Shown here piece by piece: positions 24,286-35,054 of a stretch of 49,833 bases of DNA. Every line of letters begins with the position of its first letter. Position 1 is the first letter of the stretch. A program made the position numbers and the translations under genes. This DNA comes from Methylococcaceae bacterium (GTDB taxonomy: Bacteria; Pseudomonadota; Gammaproteobacteria; Methylococcales; Methylomonadaceae), in assembly GCA_050305675.1 (NCBI GenBank), contig JBNLFT010000001.1, positions 1-49,833 of the forward strand. Direction: 5' to 3'. The notes under the pieces were generated by a model that ran no database searches, had not been told where the DNA came from, and worked only from the letters and a program-made list of their open reading frames with translations.

Positions 24286-26262
24286 TTAGCGGAGGGAAAA
24301 CTGGCTCACCAATGCCTGCAAATTCTCGCCGACCCGATTCAATGCGTCGGCGCTGCTTTTGTTACTTTGCGCTTCCTGCAGCGATTTGCCTGCCGCATCG
24401 GCACCACTGCGTATACCCTGCGCGACTTCCTCGGCAACCGCCGACTGCTGTTCGGCGGCCGCCGCGATCAGCGCATTTTTTTCGTGGATGTCGTTGATCG
24501 CCCCGCGAATCGCGGCAAACGCCCGGCCGACCACGTCAACCGCCTCGACAGTCCGAGCCACCGCCGCCTGTTGGCGCTGCATGAAGCCGACCGTCTTCCC
24601 GGTGGCCGCGTTGAGTTTTTCCACCAGCAGCGAAATTTCATCGGCCGACGACGCGGTATGCGATGCCAACTTGCGCACTTCGTCGGCGACTACCGCGAAA
24701 CCGCGCCCGTGCTCTCCGGCGCGCGCCGCCTCGATCGCCGCGTTCAACGCCAGCAAATTCGTTTGTTCGGTAAAGCCCCGAATAACACCCAACACGCCTT
24801 CGATCGCCTTGGCATCCTGTTGCAAATGCCGCAACGACGCCGCCGTCTCGTCCATAACATCCGCCAATGCCGTCACTTGGGCGCGGCTGGTTTCCATTTT
24901 ATCCGCGCCGTCTTCGATGCCTTCCCGCGCCGAAGTCGTCGTATGATGGGTTTCGCCGGCGTTGCGCGCGACCTCCTGAAACGATGACAACAGTTGATTC
25001 ATCTGCTCCGCCGAGGCAACGCTGAGCGTTTGCTGCTCGGCCACGATCCGTTCCATTTGCCGACTGCCTTCGATAACGTCCTGTCGACAGCGATCCAGGG
25101 TAGCCGTCTCCCGATGGATATTGCCGATCAGATGTTTGAAATAATCTTTCAATTGAGCGATAGCATTTTTCAGTTGGGCGACTTCGGAAATTGTGCTGGA
25201 AACAACAAACGAGGAATGCAAGTCGCCGGAGGCCAGCTTGTTGACGTGGTCGCTGGTTTGATTGGTGATCGCCGCGATGTGCCTCAGCAGCAGCACCATC
25301 GCCACGCCGATGGCAATAATCAAGGCCCAGCTGACGAAAAGCATGGCGTATAACGTACGCTCCGTCTGCTGGTAATCCGCGGTGACGGTTTGGCCCAGTT
25401 GCTCCAGCCGTTGCTGCAGCGTCAGCATCCTTTCTGCCGTCTTGTTGCGCCCGGCGATTTTTTGTTCGATAAAACTCCGGGCATTGCGTAAATCCTTCGG
25501 ATAACGTTTGATCAGCGACACCATTTCGGACAGATGTTCCCGACCGGCATCGCCGCTTGTCCCACCGCCGCCGTCGTTCCATCCCAACAAATCGGCCATC
25601 TCGTCTTCGCTGTTGCCCGCAGAAGCGACGCCGAGGGGCTGATATCCGCTCAGCCGGTCGGCATGCTCCGCCAATTCCCGCAAATAGGTTTCGATCGTAT
25701 TCAGCGCCGCTTCGCGCTGATTGACGAAATAGTTTTGCCGGGTAGACGCCAATCGCTGCAGCGTAAACAGCATTTGCCCCATGGACTTGTAATACCTAAG
25801 TTTATCCGCCGCATCGAGGGTATTGGAGCGCTCAACAACACCCAGCAGCGAATCGATTTCGCCGGCCAGCTGATTTTCGTTATTGACCAGTAAGATCTGC
25901 GGATCGGCCATTTTTCCGGCCGCCCGCAGGTCGCCGACCAGCGCCTGCCCCAGCGACTCCAGCAATTCCAAAAACACGCCGCGGGCATTCACCGGCAGCA
26001 CTTCGTCTTGCCGCGCGGTTACCTGCATACTGCGAATATTGGCTTCAATTTCGCTCAACAGCGCCGCATCGCCGGTAGCGAGATAGGCGTTGATCGGCAT
26101 ATGAATCCGCGCAGTCACCTGGGTTCGCAGACTGCCGTATTTTTCTACCGTCCGGAATGCACCGCTTAAATGGTTAAGCGACCAACTGACGGTGACGATA
26201 AAAAAAACGAGCACCATAGCGAGAACGACCGTCACCAAACGGATAATCTGGGTAATCTTCAT
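24286..26262 (-). CDS. Methyl-accepting chemotaxis protein (TM-periplasmic-TM-HAMP-MA)
   Basis: [34 protein letters not shown]; two TM segments; start at ATG 26262 or GTG 26301. Confidence 0.93.
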   Translation of the reverse strand: MKITQIIRLVTVVLAMVLVFFIVTVSWSLNHLSGAFRTVEKYGSLRTQVTARIHMPINAYLATGDAALLSEIEANIRSMQVTARQDEVLPVNARGVFLELLESLGQALVGDLRAAGKMADPQILLVNNENQLAGEIDSLLGVVERSNTLDAADKLRYYKSMGQMLFTLQRLASTRQNYFVNQREAALNTIETYLRELAEHADRLSGYQPLGVASAGNSEDEMADLLGWNDGGGGTSGDAGREHLSEMVSLIKRYPKDLRNARSFIEQKIAGRNKTAERMLTLQQRLEQLGQTVTADYQQTERTLYAMLFVSWALIIAIGVAMVLLLRHIAAITNQTSDHVNKLASGDLHSSFVVSSTISEVAQLKNAIAQLKDYFKHLIGNIHRETATLDRCRQDVIEGSRQMERIVAEQQTLSVASAEQMNQLLSSFQEVARNAGETHHTTTSAREGIEDGADKMETSRAQVTALADVMDETAASLRHLQQDAKAIEGVLGVIRGFTEQTNLLALNAAIEAARAGEHGRGFAVVADEVRKLASHTASSADEISLLVEKLNAATGKTVGFMQRQQAAVARTVEAVDVVGRAFAAIRGAINDIHEKNALIAAAAEQQSAVAEEVAQGIRSGADAAGKSLQEAQSNKSSADALNRVGENLQALVSQFSLR

Positions 26263-26679
26263 GAACAATAGTTTGCGTTTTAGTCCGGGTTGAAACCACA
26301 CCTCCCCCCTTAACTCGGGGCGGGTGTTTTCAACGGAACAAGCCGTATCGAAAGGTTAGCCGCCAAACCGGCAAAGCAGACCCGCCGGTCGCGGTAAAGA
26401 CGGTTTCACACGGTAGCAAGAAAATATGACGACGAAATTACAGCGTTTACGGGGATACCGATCCACTCGGTATTTCCCGGAAAACAGGGAAGCGCGGCCA
26501 CCATCAATCTCGTTCGGCGATTGATTTTGTAACGTCAAGAAAAATCGCATCGTCAGTAACCGAGCGCCGGGAAGTGCAGGACCGATTGATTCAGACCTTC
26601 CTTAAACTGCGGCCTGTTACCGATGTTCCGTCGTTTCCGACGCCGCCGGTCTCGAACGGCGGAAACAGCCGACGTGGAG

Positions 26680-27156
26680 TCAACCGTTGTCCGACCAGAT
26701 CTGATGAGCCTGCAACAAATGTTCGCCGTCGCGGTTGCGTTCGATTTCGCCGCACCGCTGCTCCAGCAACCATTCTAGAACGGCGACGACGAAACTGCGC
26801 TGGCGCTTGCTAAAGGCGGCCCAACGCCTGTTCCTTGGACCGTCGGCGATCAGATGGAACAAAAATTGATCGATATAATAGTCTTCTCCGCTTCCGGTCA
26901 AAGCCAATCGTAGCGAGGCGGGAAAATAATATTTGAATGCTTCGTTGCCGGCAAAACACAACGGGTCCCAGGCCGCGTTACCCAACTGCTCCAAACCGAT
27001 GGTGCGGGGATCGAAGGCTTGCAGCGTGCGGTCGTGCTCGGCGCACTCGCAACAATGCCGATAATCGGTGAAGTGTTGCGGCCGCGGAACGGCGAAAAGG
27101 CGATCGGCGACCGCCAACAATTCGGCAACTCCCGCCTGCCGTGTTGCCCGCGCCAA
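26680..27156 (-). CDS. Hypothetical protein with an HCCECAEH putative metal-binding motif
   Basis: 158-aa ORF abutting the upstream lipoprotein stop; HCCECAEH..WDPLCF..FKYYFPA looks like a real family motif. Confidence 0.65.
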   Translation of the reverse strand: MARATRQAGVAELLAVADRLFAVPRPQHFTDYRHCCECAEHDRTLQAFDPRTIGLEQLGNAAWDPLCFAGNEAFKYYFPASLRLALTGSGEDYYIDQFLFHLIADGPRNRRWAAFSKRQRSFVVAVLEWLLEQRCGEIERNRDGEHLLQAHQIWSDNG

Positions 27157-27747
27157 CTATTCCTCGGCCCCGCTCAACGGCGGAAACCGCGACAAGATCG
27201 AGCGAATGGCGCGCTCGACGTAGCGCTGCTTCTTTTTTTGGCTGGTATTCGGGCTGATATCGTCGTACGACATACCGCGCCACATCAGTTTTTTGCTGTT
27301 CGGATCGACTATGTCGATTACCAGGGTACCGCGCTGGTACTCGTAGACCCGCTGTTCCGGGTAATAACTCCACGCGAAGGAGGAATAAAAACCTCGCTGG
27401 TATCCGAATCGCCAGCTGTAGGGGTAATCGTAATAAGGATTCAGCACGGTAACCCGGGTTCTGTTTTCAACCACCATTCGATACAGCACGAGAAAATCGG
27501 CTTCCTTGACGTCGCTCTTTAGGTAACCGTGATCCTTGAACCACTGGTCGACGCCGTTACGAATACGATCGTGCAGCAGACTATTGCTGTCGAGCAGCTT
27601 GTTTCCGGAGGCGGGAGGCTTGTCTTCCAGCCAGGCATATTGATATAAGTGACTGAAATCGGCCGCTTCGTCATAATCGACATCGACATTGACCGTGGCG
27701 CAGGAACTCAGCACAAGTAACAGCGGTAACAAGAACAATTTTCGCAT
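27157..27747 (-). CDS. DUF4136-like lipoprotein
   Basis: SD AAAAGGAG, MRKLFLLPLLLVLSSC lipobox, VDYD..DFS..YAW, YQRGTLVIDIVD..LMWRG, ILSRFPP. Confidence 0.85.
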   Translation of the reverse strand: MRKLFLLPLLLVLSSCATVNVDVDYDEAADFSHLYQYAWLEDKPPASGNKLLDSNSLLHDRIRNGVDQWFKDHGYLKSDVKEADFLVLYRMVVENRTRVTVLNPYYDYPYSWRFGYQRGFYSSFAWSYYPEQRVYEYQRGTLVIDIVDPNSKKLMWRGMSYDDISPNTSQKKKQRYVERAIRSILSRFPPLSGAEE

Positions 27748-27976
27748 GGCCGGCAGACTCCTTTTGCATTCAATAATGTACTGATAGGATTGCATTGTCC
27801 AGCCCCAGTTCAATCGGCCGTCCGAAAAGTGTGGCGTTTACGCCTAGCCACTGTCCAAGACTGCTCGATCAGCCGATAGCGCGCGGCCGGGACCGCATCG
27901 ACAGGCGGCGACCGGCAAGTACGGAGAAGCGATAAAACCGGGATTATTACATCAACGACTAACATACGGTGCGACA

Positions 27977-28132
27977 TTGGTAAATTTCTATTGCAGATTC
28001 AAATACGGCCTCATTTTTATCGTGTTGATGTTGATCGACATCGGACCGGTTCCTTTGACCGCAACGATCGGGCTGTACGTCGTCTTGTTCCGACCTCGTT
28101 GGTTCAAAAACATGATCGACAACATTTACTGA
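27977..28132 (+). CDS. Small 51-aa hydrophobic protein (below the ORF-track cutoff)
   Basis: TTG..TGA encodes MVNFYCRFKYGLIFIVLMLIDIGPVPLTATIGLYVVLFRPRWFKNMIDNIY; helical-hairpin-like; fills the gap upstream of argH. Confidence 0.6.
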   Translation: MVNFYCRFKYGLIFIVLMLIDIGPVPLTATIGLYVVLFRPRWFKNMIDNIY

Positions 28133-28218
28133 TTCGGCCATGCCGAATCCAGAGGCAAACAAACACGGCGTTTCTCGGTATAATTTGCCATTTCCATCTT
28201 CCAACCCGATGACCGAAC

Positions 28219-29613
28219 ATGACCACCGTTAACACCGAAAAGCTTTCCAGCGCACGATTCGCCGAGGCAACCGACGCTTTCGTCGAAGTGTTTACCGCAT
28301 CCGTCGACTTCGATCAGCGCATGGCGCAGCAAGACATTCAAGGGTCGTTGGCGCATGCCGAAATGCTGAGCAAAATTGGCATACTGAGCTGCCAAGAATT
28401 GGCCGACATTCAAAGCGGCCTGGCGCAGATCAGCAAAGAAATCGCCGACGGCGAGTTCGCCTGGTCGATCAAGCAAGAAGACGTACACATGAACATCGAG
28501 GCGCGGCTGACCGAACTGATCGGCATCGCCGGAAAGAAACTGCACACCGGGCGTTCCCGCAACGACCAAGTCGCCACCGATATCCGGCTGTACCTGCGCC
28601 ACGAAACCGGCGCCATTCTGGGACAACTGACCCGCCTGCAGAACGCGCTGCTCGATTTGGCCGATCAGGAAGCGGACACCATCATGCCCGGATTTACCCA
28701 CCTGCAGGTCGCCCAACCGGTCACCTTCGGACATCATTTGATGGCCTGGTTCGAAATGCTCAACCGCGACCGCGAACGCTTGCAGGATTGTTTGAAACGG
28801 ATCAACATCATGCCGCTCGGCGCCGCGGCGCTGGCCGGCACCAGCTACCCGATCGACCGCCATTTGACCGCCGAATTGTTGGGCTTCAGCCGTCCCTCCA
28901 ACAACTCGTTGGATTCGGTCAGCGACCGCGATTTCGCCATCGAATTCGCCGCCGCCGGCAGCCTGATCATGTTGCATTTGTCGCGCTTCTCCGAGGAACT
29001 CGTGCTGTGGTCCAGCGCCCAGTTCGACTTCATCGACATCCCGGATGCGTTTTGCACCGGCTCGTCGATCATGCCGCAAAAGAAAAACCCCGACGTCCCG
29101 GAGTTGGTGCGCGGCAAGTCGGGCCGCGTCACCGGCCACTTGGTCTCGTTGCTGATGCTGATGAAAAGCCAGCCGCTGGCCTATAACAAAGACAATCAGG
29201 AGGACAAGGAACCGCTGTTCGATACCGCCGATACGCTGATCAATTGCCTGCGCGCTTTCGCCGACATGCTGCCGAAAATCCGCGCCAAGAAAGACAATAT
29301 GTACCGCGCCGCTAAGCAAGGTTTCGCTACCGCCACCGATCTGGCCGATTATCTGGTGCGCAAAGGCATGCCGTTCCGCGATGCCCACGAAGTGGTCGGC
29401 CAGGCAGTGCGCCTGGGCATCGACAGCGGCCGCGATTTGGCGGACATTTCGCTGGCGGAACTGCAGCGCTTTTCCGACCGCATCACCGACGACGTGTTCG
29501 AAATTCTCAAACTGGAAGGCTCGGTAGCCGCCCGCGATCACGTCGGCGGCACCGCCCCGAACAGAGTCCGGATGGCGATCAAGGAAGCCAGAGCGCTGCT
29601 GGCGGACGCGTGA
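28219..29613 (+). CDS. argH: Argininosuccinate lyase
   Basis: [47 protein letters not shown]. Confidence 0.98.
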   Translation: MTTVNTEKLSSARFAEATDAFVEVFTASVDFDQRMAQQDIQGSLAHAEMLSKIGILSCQELADIQSGLAQISKEIADGEFAWSIKQEDVHMNIEARLTELIGIAGKKLHTGRSRNDQVATDIRLYLRHETGAILGQLTRLQNALLDLADQEADTIMPGFTHLQVAQPVTFGHHLMAWFEMLNRDRERLQDCLKRINIMPLGAAALAGTSYPIDRHLTAELLGFSRPSNNSLDSVSDRDFAIEFAAAGSLIMLHLSRFSEELVLWSSAQFDFIDIPDAFCTGSSIMPQKKNPDVPELVRGKSGRVTGHLVSLLMLMKSQPLAYNKDNQEDKEPLFDTADTLINCLRAFADMLPKIRAKKDNMYRAAKQGFATATDLADYLVRKGMPFRDAHEVVGQAVRLGIDSGRDLADISLAELQRFSDRITDDVFEILKLEGSVAARDHVGGTAPNRVRMAIKEARALLADA

Positions 29614-30206
29614 AAACGACCACCGTCGATTTGCTTCGCCACGGAGAAGTGCGGGGCGGAGCCCGTTACCGGGGCCGCACCGACGATCCGCTGACGGAAC
29701 AAGGCCTTGCCCAAATGCGGCGGCAAACCGCCGATTGGCGGGGCGATTTTATTGTGAGTTCGCCGCTGCTGCGCTGCCTGGAGTTTGCGCAGGAACTGAG
29801 TCGCCGCCAAAACGTCCCGCTACGGATAGACGACAACTTCCAAGAAATCGATTTCGGCGACTGGGAAGGCAAGACCGCCGAACAAATCAACGACCTTGAT
29901 TCCTCGGCATTGCGGCGCTATTACGACGATCCTGCGCGCCATCCCCCGCCGAACGGCGAAAATCAGGCCGCTTTCAGGAAGCGCGTCGACGCCGGCTGGC
30001 AACGGATTTTGGACGCATATCCCGGCCGGCGGGTATTGGTGGTTACCCATGCCGGCGTTATCCGCACTCTTTTTTTACAGATCCTGGACGTCCCTTTCTC
30101 CCGCAGCCTGCAGATCGAAATCGGTCATGCCTGTTTGAGCCGCTTTAAATGTTATCACGGCGATAACTCCCGCTTTGTTCAGTTATCTTTCCACCTGCCG
30201 CTATGA
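29610..30206 (+). CDS. Histidine phosphatase family protein (CobC/GpmB-like)
   Basis: [30 protein letters not shown]; GTGA overlap with argH. Confidence 0.88.
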   Translation: MKTTTVDLLRHGEVRGGARYRGRTDDPLTEQGLAQMRRQTADWRGDFIVSSPLLRCLEFAQELSRRQNVPLRIDDNFQEIDFGDWEGKTAEQINDLDSSALRRYYDDPARHPPPNGENQAAFRKRVDAGWQRILDAYPGRRVLVVTHAGVIRTLFLQILDVPFSRSLQIEIGHACLSRFKCYHGDNSRFVQLSFHLPL

Positions 30207-30251
30207 TTTTCTATAATTGAATAAGAAAATCATCACCTTGCCGCTACGACT

Positions 30252-33086
30252 TTGAAAAGACACTATCCGCCCATCAATCTCGGCTCACCAGGCGAAGAAA
30301 TCAGCAGCAAGGACCTGTATGCGGTAATTCAGCGTTTCAAGAACCTCAACCAATATCGGCTGCACAGCGTACAGAATTTTCTGCAGCCCCGGCAACGGAT
30401 ATTCTTGCAATTGCTGCCGTTGATTTTTCATCAAAACCAGCCGCTGTTGCCCGGCTTTGTGTCCACCGAAACGCCTTCCGGCATCCCCGACTATAGCCCC
30501 AACAAAACCGCCATTCTGGCGGCCAAGCAATTTTCCAAGAGCTACCGCTATGCCCGCAAGGCGCTCAGAGAATACGCGATAGAAGGCATCTTTCTGATGG
30601 GCAGCGTCGGCAGCATCGCCTTTTCCAAGACCAGCGACATGGATATCTGGCTGTGCCACAGCGCAAGCCTGGGCGCCGAGGAAATAAGCGAACTGCAACA
30701 AAAGGCGCAGGCCGTCGAAAAATGGGCGCAGACGCTGAATTTGGAGGTCCATTTCTTCTTGATGAACGGCGAACAGTTCCGCCGCGGCGAGAACGCGCCG
30801 ATCTCCACCGAAAGCAGCGGCCAAACCCAGCATTATTTGCTGCTGGAGGAGTTTTACCGCACCGCCATTTATCTGGCCGGCAAGGCGCCTGCCTGGTGGA
30901 TCGTGCCGCCGCATCAGGAGGACAACTACAGCGCTTACGTCGATCATCTGCTCACCAACCGCTTCATTTCGTCCCGCGACGTCATCGATTTCGGCGGCCT
31001 GGAAGCCGTTCCCGCAGAGGAGTTTATCAGCGCGACGTTATGGCATATCTACAAATCCCTGGGCTCGCCTTACAAGTCGCTGCTGAAACTGTTCCTGATG
31101 GAATGTTACGCGAGCGAATATCCTCATCCGCAATGGATTAGCCGAAGCCTGAAAAAAGCCGTCTACCAGGGCGAATTCGATATCGACAAACTGGACCCCT
31201 ATTTGTTGATTTACGAAAAAGTCGAGGAATATCTGCATCTGGTCGCCTCGCAAAGAAGGCTGGCGCTATCGAGGCAGTGCTTTTATCTGAAAATCATGGG
31301 CGATTCGCCGAAATCCTTGGACCCACAAGCCCGTTCGCTGCGGGAGGGCTACTTGCAGGAAATCGCCCGCCAGTGGCGCTGGCCCGACGATCTGCTGCTC
31401 AACTTCAGCAGACACCGTTTCTGGGACGTCCACAAAGCCACCGAAGAACATGCCGTCATTCGCGACCAACTCAAACAATGCTTGCGCATGATTGTGCGCT
31501 TCGCCGGCCAGCACGTCGAAGGGGATTACCACAACAATCAGGATTTGAAGCTGATCGGCCGCAAACTGCACGCCTACCTGGAGCATAAACCCGGAAAAGT
31601 GGAGATCATCACGACGCGCGGCAACATTCAAAAGAAAGAGGACGAGTTGTCGCTGGTCGAAATCGACCAGGAACACGCCGAGCCGCTGTGGCATTTGTAC
31701 CGCGGTTACGTCAGGAATCCGCAAAAGGTCGACGCCCAACCGGTAAAGGAAGGGGAAAGCCTGTTGGGACTGTTGTGCTGGCTGGTGCTAAACGGTTTGT
31801 ATCAGGACCGAGTAAAAATACACCTCCACTCGAGCAGCCTAAGAATCAACTTTACCGAAACGCAATTGATCCTGGACCGGTTGCAGCGCTTTTTTTCCGC
31901 GCACAAGAAATCCGATGACGAAATGCTCGATGCATACAAGCATCCCAATCAATTCCTGGCCTCGTTATTGTTCGTGAATCTCGGCGAGGACTTGCCGGAA
32001 ACCGGCGAAGAAGGCCAGATCGTCATGAGCGAGCGCTCCGATCCGTTGAGTTACGGCGAAAACCGCCTAAGTTTCGTACAACGCATCGACCGCATTTCGC
32101 TATCCAGCTGGGGCGAGGTCAGTCTTGCGAAATTCCGCGATACGGAAGGCTTTTTCCATTGCCTCACCGAGCTGTTCAACCATAGCCAGCTTCCGGTGAG
32201 CGGTGAAAGACTGGAAGTCATCTGCCATACTCCGCTACGGGCCAAAAGCATCATTCTGCGCATCAAGGTCTTGTTCAGCCAGTTGATCAAATTCTTCGGC
32301 GATCCGAATTCGAATTGGCGCTATATCGCCCCGGCTAAAAGCAGCTACTATTTGTTCAGCCGGCTATCCCGGCAATTGGCTTACCGCAAACTGGAAACCA
32401 ACGATGCCCTGTTGCGCGAATTATCGGCAACGCAACAACGCTACGCCCCGTTGTTTTTCGACCATCACGTGTTGAGCAATACCTTCATCCCGTATCTGTA
32501 CGCGCATAGCGCGCCCGATACGATACAGATTTTCTTTCACGCCTCGGACAAACATATCGCGGTCTACGTCATCGACGAAAAAGCCGCCCTGTTTACCCGC
32601 CAGCATACCGATAGCAAGCCGGAACATGTTCTTACCGACTATTACTTCTTCCTGAAAACGCTGGTCGAGCGTTCGAAAATATCCGGCAACGCCGCTATCC
32701 GCATTTTCGAAATTCAGAAAAACTCCGCCGGCATCGTTTCCTGCCATGCCGTCAAATTCAAGCCGCAGGACTCCTTTAAAGAGCTTAACATCCGGATCAC
32801 GGTCTCCCCCACTGCGGAACGTAACGGATCGCCGACGATCTTCTGCAACGACCGGAAGTACTCGTCGACCGCCGGCGACGATGCGTTTTACTCGACCAGG
32901 GAACACATTCTGGCTTTCCGGCGCAACCACGACTATTATCCGTTTCACATCAACGAAATCGACGTACCCGCCCATCTGCTCGGGGTCAGTACGATCGAGC
33001 AAGCGCATGCCATGCATTACCTGCAATACAAACAACAAACCGAGACCCGCATCACCGACAGCCGCAAACGCCGAAACGACGATTAA
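30252..33086 (+). CDS. cyaA: Class I adenylate cyclase
   Basis: LLPLIFH..PLLPG, MGSVGSIA..SDMDIWLCH, SSGQTQHYLLLEEFYRT, SPYKSLLK, EYP. Confidence 0.92.
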   Translation: MKRHYPPINLGSPGEEISSKDLYAVIQRFKNLNQYRLHSVQNFLQPRQRIFLQLLPLIFHQNQPLLPGFVSTETPSGIPDYSPNKTAILAAKQFSKSYRYARKALREYAIEGIFLMGSVGSIAFSKTSDMDIWLCHSASLGAEEISELQQKAQAVEKWAQTLNLEVHFFLMNGEQFRRGENAPISTESSGQTQHYLLLEEFYRTAIYLAGKAPAWWIVPPHQEDNYSAYVDHLLTNRFISSRDVIDFGGLEAVPAEEFISATLWHIYKSLGSPYKSLLKLFLMECYASEYPHPQWISRSLKKAVYQGEFDIDKLDPYLLIYEKVEEYLHLVASQRRLALSRQCFYLKIMGDSPKSLDPQARSLREGYLQEIARQWRWPDDLLLNFSRHRFWDVHKATEEHAVIRDQLKQCLRMIVRFAGQHVEGDYHNNQDLKLIGRKLHAYLEHKPGKVEIITTRGNIQKKEDELSLVEIDQEHAEPLWHLYRGYVRNPQKVDAQPVKEGESLLGLLCWLVLNGLYQDRVKIHLHSSSLRINFTETQLILDRLQRFFSAHKKSDDEMLDAYKHPNQFLASLLFVNLGEDLPETGEEGQIVMSERSDPLSYGENRLSFVQRIDRISLSSWGEVSLAKFRDTEGFFHCLTELFNHSQLPVSGERLEVICHTPLRAKSIILRIKVLFSQLIKFFGDPNSNWRYIAPAKSSYYLFSRLSRQLAYRKLETNDALLRELSATQQRYAPLFFDHHVLSNTFIPYLYAHSAPDTIQIFFHASDKHIAVYVIDEKAALFTRQHTDSKPEHVLTDYYFFLKTLVERSKISGNAAIRIFEIQKNSAGIVSCHAVKFKPQDSFKELNIRITVSPTAERNGSPTIFCNDRKYSSTAGDDAFYSTREHILAFRRNHDYYPFHINEIDVPAHLLGVSTIEQAHAMHYLQYKQQTETRITDSRKRRNDD

Positions 33087-33170
33087 CCCGGAGATGTCAC
33101 AAAGGCCTCCTCGGTATTCGACAGAAGTTCAGCAACCAAGGCACAGGGTTACAAATCGGCAATGTTCACC

Positions 33171-33186
33171 TGGCACCGGTTGTGCT
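33171..33186 (+). promoter_or_regulatory. Candidate sigma54 (-24/-12) promoter for the PilZ gene
   Basis: TGGCAC-CGGTT-GTGCT with GG-N10-GC spacing, about 165 bp upstream of the ATG. Confidence 0.4.
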
Positions 33187-33351
33187 TTGAATGTTTTTTC
33201 GAAACGAACCACCGGGAATCGCTGCTGCCACAGCGGATTTTTAAAAAATCGCCACCGGAAGGCCCGCCTATGCGTCAACGCTCGATTTAGCTTTACGTTT
33301 CGGCGAATTAACGCCTATACTCAACTTTCCCGCCGGATCCAGGGAACCGCC

Positions 33352-33717
33352 ATGGAAATCGAAAAACGCAAACACCCAAGATTCAAACCGCACGGCGTTC
33401 GGGCATGCATCCGGATCGGTCCGATTAGCGACGTGGACGACGGCATCTTACTGGAGGGTGAAGTGGTCGACATCAGTTACCGCGGCATCAAGATACGCCT
33501 CAACCAGCCGCTGCACAACTCGATCGACCATGGCGAAATCAAGATAGACATCACCATGCCGCAGTCCGGCGTTCCGATCTCCATACACGGCTTGATCAAG
33601 CATATCCGGGAACGCCACGAATGCGGACTGCAGTTCGCCGGCAACCATTCCGAACGATGCGTCGACAAACTGATGTTCGAATGTATCAAGCTGGCCGACC
33701 ACTCGGTGCAGATTTAG
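33352..33717 (+). CDS. Stand-alone PilZ domain c-di-GMP-binding protein
   Basis: RKHPR (RxxxR) and DISYRG (DxSxxG), GLQF; SD AGGGA before ATG 33352. Confidence 0.88.
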   Translation: MEIEKRKHPRFKPHGVRACIRIGPISDVDDGILLEGEVVDISYRGIKIRLNQPLHNSIDHGEIKIDITMPQSGVPISIHGLIKHIRERHECGLQFAGNHSERCVDKLMFECIKLADHSVQI

Positions 33718-33774
33718 AACGCAGAAAAATGGAACTGCCGCCGTTAAGGACCTGACACGGCAGCGATCCAACGG

Positions 33775-34854
33775 TTACAAAGACCTGGCTTTTAAAAACG
33801 CCTGCTCCGACACGTTACCCCAGCGCGTGACCTGGCTGCGGAAGAGGGTCACCGAGTCATAGATTTTTTTCGCCAACGGGTCTTTACCCGCCAGCTCGCC
33901 AACCACCTGTTCCGATAATTGCCGCAACGTCTTCAGCACCTCGTCCGGTAGCGGCAACACGTTAACCTTATGCTTGTTGATCAACGTATCCAAGGCTTGG
34001 TTGTTGCGCGCGGTATATTCGGAAATCATATCCATATTGGCCGCCTTGCAGGCCACCAGTACGATCTGCTGGAGATCGGCGGGCAACCCGTTGAATGCTT
34101 GTTCGTTGATCAACGCCTCCATGGTCGAACCCGGCTCGTGCCATCCCGGATAATAATAATATTTGGCCACTTTGTAAAAACCGAAGGCCAGATCGTTATA
34201 AGGGCCCACCCATTCGGTGGCGTCGATCGCACCGGACTGCAAGGAGGTAAACAACTCGCCGCCCGGCATATTCACCGTAGTGCCTCCGGCCCGACGCAAC
34301 ACCTCGCCGCCCAATCCCGGAATGCGCATTTTCAGCCCTTTCAGATCGTTCACCGTCTTGATTTCACGATTGAACCAACCCGCCATCTGCACACCGGAAT
34401 TGCCGGTTGCCGCCGGAATGATACCGAACGGCTTATACAACTCGCGCCACAACTCCAGGCCGCCGCCGTAGTACAACCAAGCATTCATTTCCTGGGCGGT
34501 CAGGCCGAACGGCACGGCGGAAAAGAACTGAGTGGCCTCGGCTTTACCTTTCCAGTAATAGGCTCCGGCATGGCCCATTTCGGCAGTGCCCTTGGAGACC
34601 GCATCGAACACCTCGAACGCCGGCACAAGCTCTCTTGCCCCATAAACCTTGACCTGAATTCGTCCGCCGCTCATGTCGCCGATCATTTTCGCCAACAAGT
34701 TGGCATTAGTCCCAAGGCCGGGGAAGTTTTTCGGCCAGGCCGTCACCATTTTCCATTTAAATTCGGCCGTTCCCGCTACTGCCGGCACGGTCAACGCCGC
34801 GCCGGCCAGCAACGAGCCGGAACCCGCCTTCGTTAGAAATTCACGCCGTTTCAT
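33775..34854 (-). CDS. TRAP transporter substrate-binding protein (DctP/TakP-like) with a Tat signal
   Basis: MKRREFL twin-arginine signal, WKMVTAWP, YYWKGK, GLKMRIPGLGG, IDATEWVGP, YYPGWHEP. Confidence 0.92.
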   Translation of the reverse strand: MKRREFLTKAGSGSLLAGAALTVPAVAGTAEFKWKMVTAWPKNFPGLGTNANLLAKMIGDMSGGRIQVKVYGARELVPAFEVFDAVSKGTAEMGHAGAYYWKGKAEATQFFSAVPFGLTAQEMNAWLYYGGGLELWRELYKPFGIIPAATGNSGVQMAGWFNREIKTVNDLKGLKMRIPGLGGEVLRRAGGTTVNMPGGELFTSLQSGAIDATEWVGPYNDLAFGFYKVAKYYYYPGWHEPGSTMEALINEQAFNGLPADLQQIVLVACKAANMDMISEYTARNNQALDTLINKHKVNVLPLPDEVLKTLRQLSEQVVGELAGKDPLAKKIYDSVTLFRSQVTRWGNVSEQAFLKARSL

Positions 34855-35054
34855 AAATCCTCTGGATAAAAATTCAAGATCGATATTGGTTTTTTCCATG
34901 CTAACAGTTTGACCGGGAATCGCAACTGTTCACTCCCGTTTAACACGCTGTCTATATAGACGACTATAGCGCAACTTTGTTATAGTAAGGGAATTTTCCA
35001 AGTGCCTCTCGGCATATTTCTTAAGTATCTCACTTTCACTCCGGAGAACATTCT

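Noticed and set aside
26302-26679. c-di-GMP (GEMM) riboswitch or FliA promoter upstream of the MCP (also looked for upstream of HD-GYP)
   Set aside because: No GGCAAAC..GAAA..GACGCAAAGC core or TAAA-N15-GCCGATAA seen by eye; an Infernal/Rfam scan would be decisive
28126-29541. 471-aa antisense ORF over argH
   Set aside because: Shadow frame of a GC-rich, codon-biased gene; no recognisable motifs
32746-33351. N-terminal extension of the PilZ ORF into cyaA (323-aa version)
   Set aside because: Low-complexity out-of-frame overlap; a proper SD and ATG at 33352 immediately precede the PilZ motif
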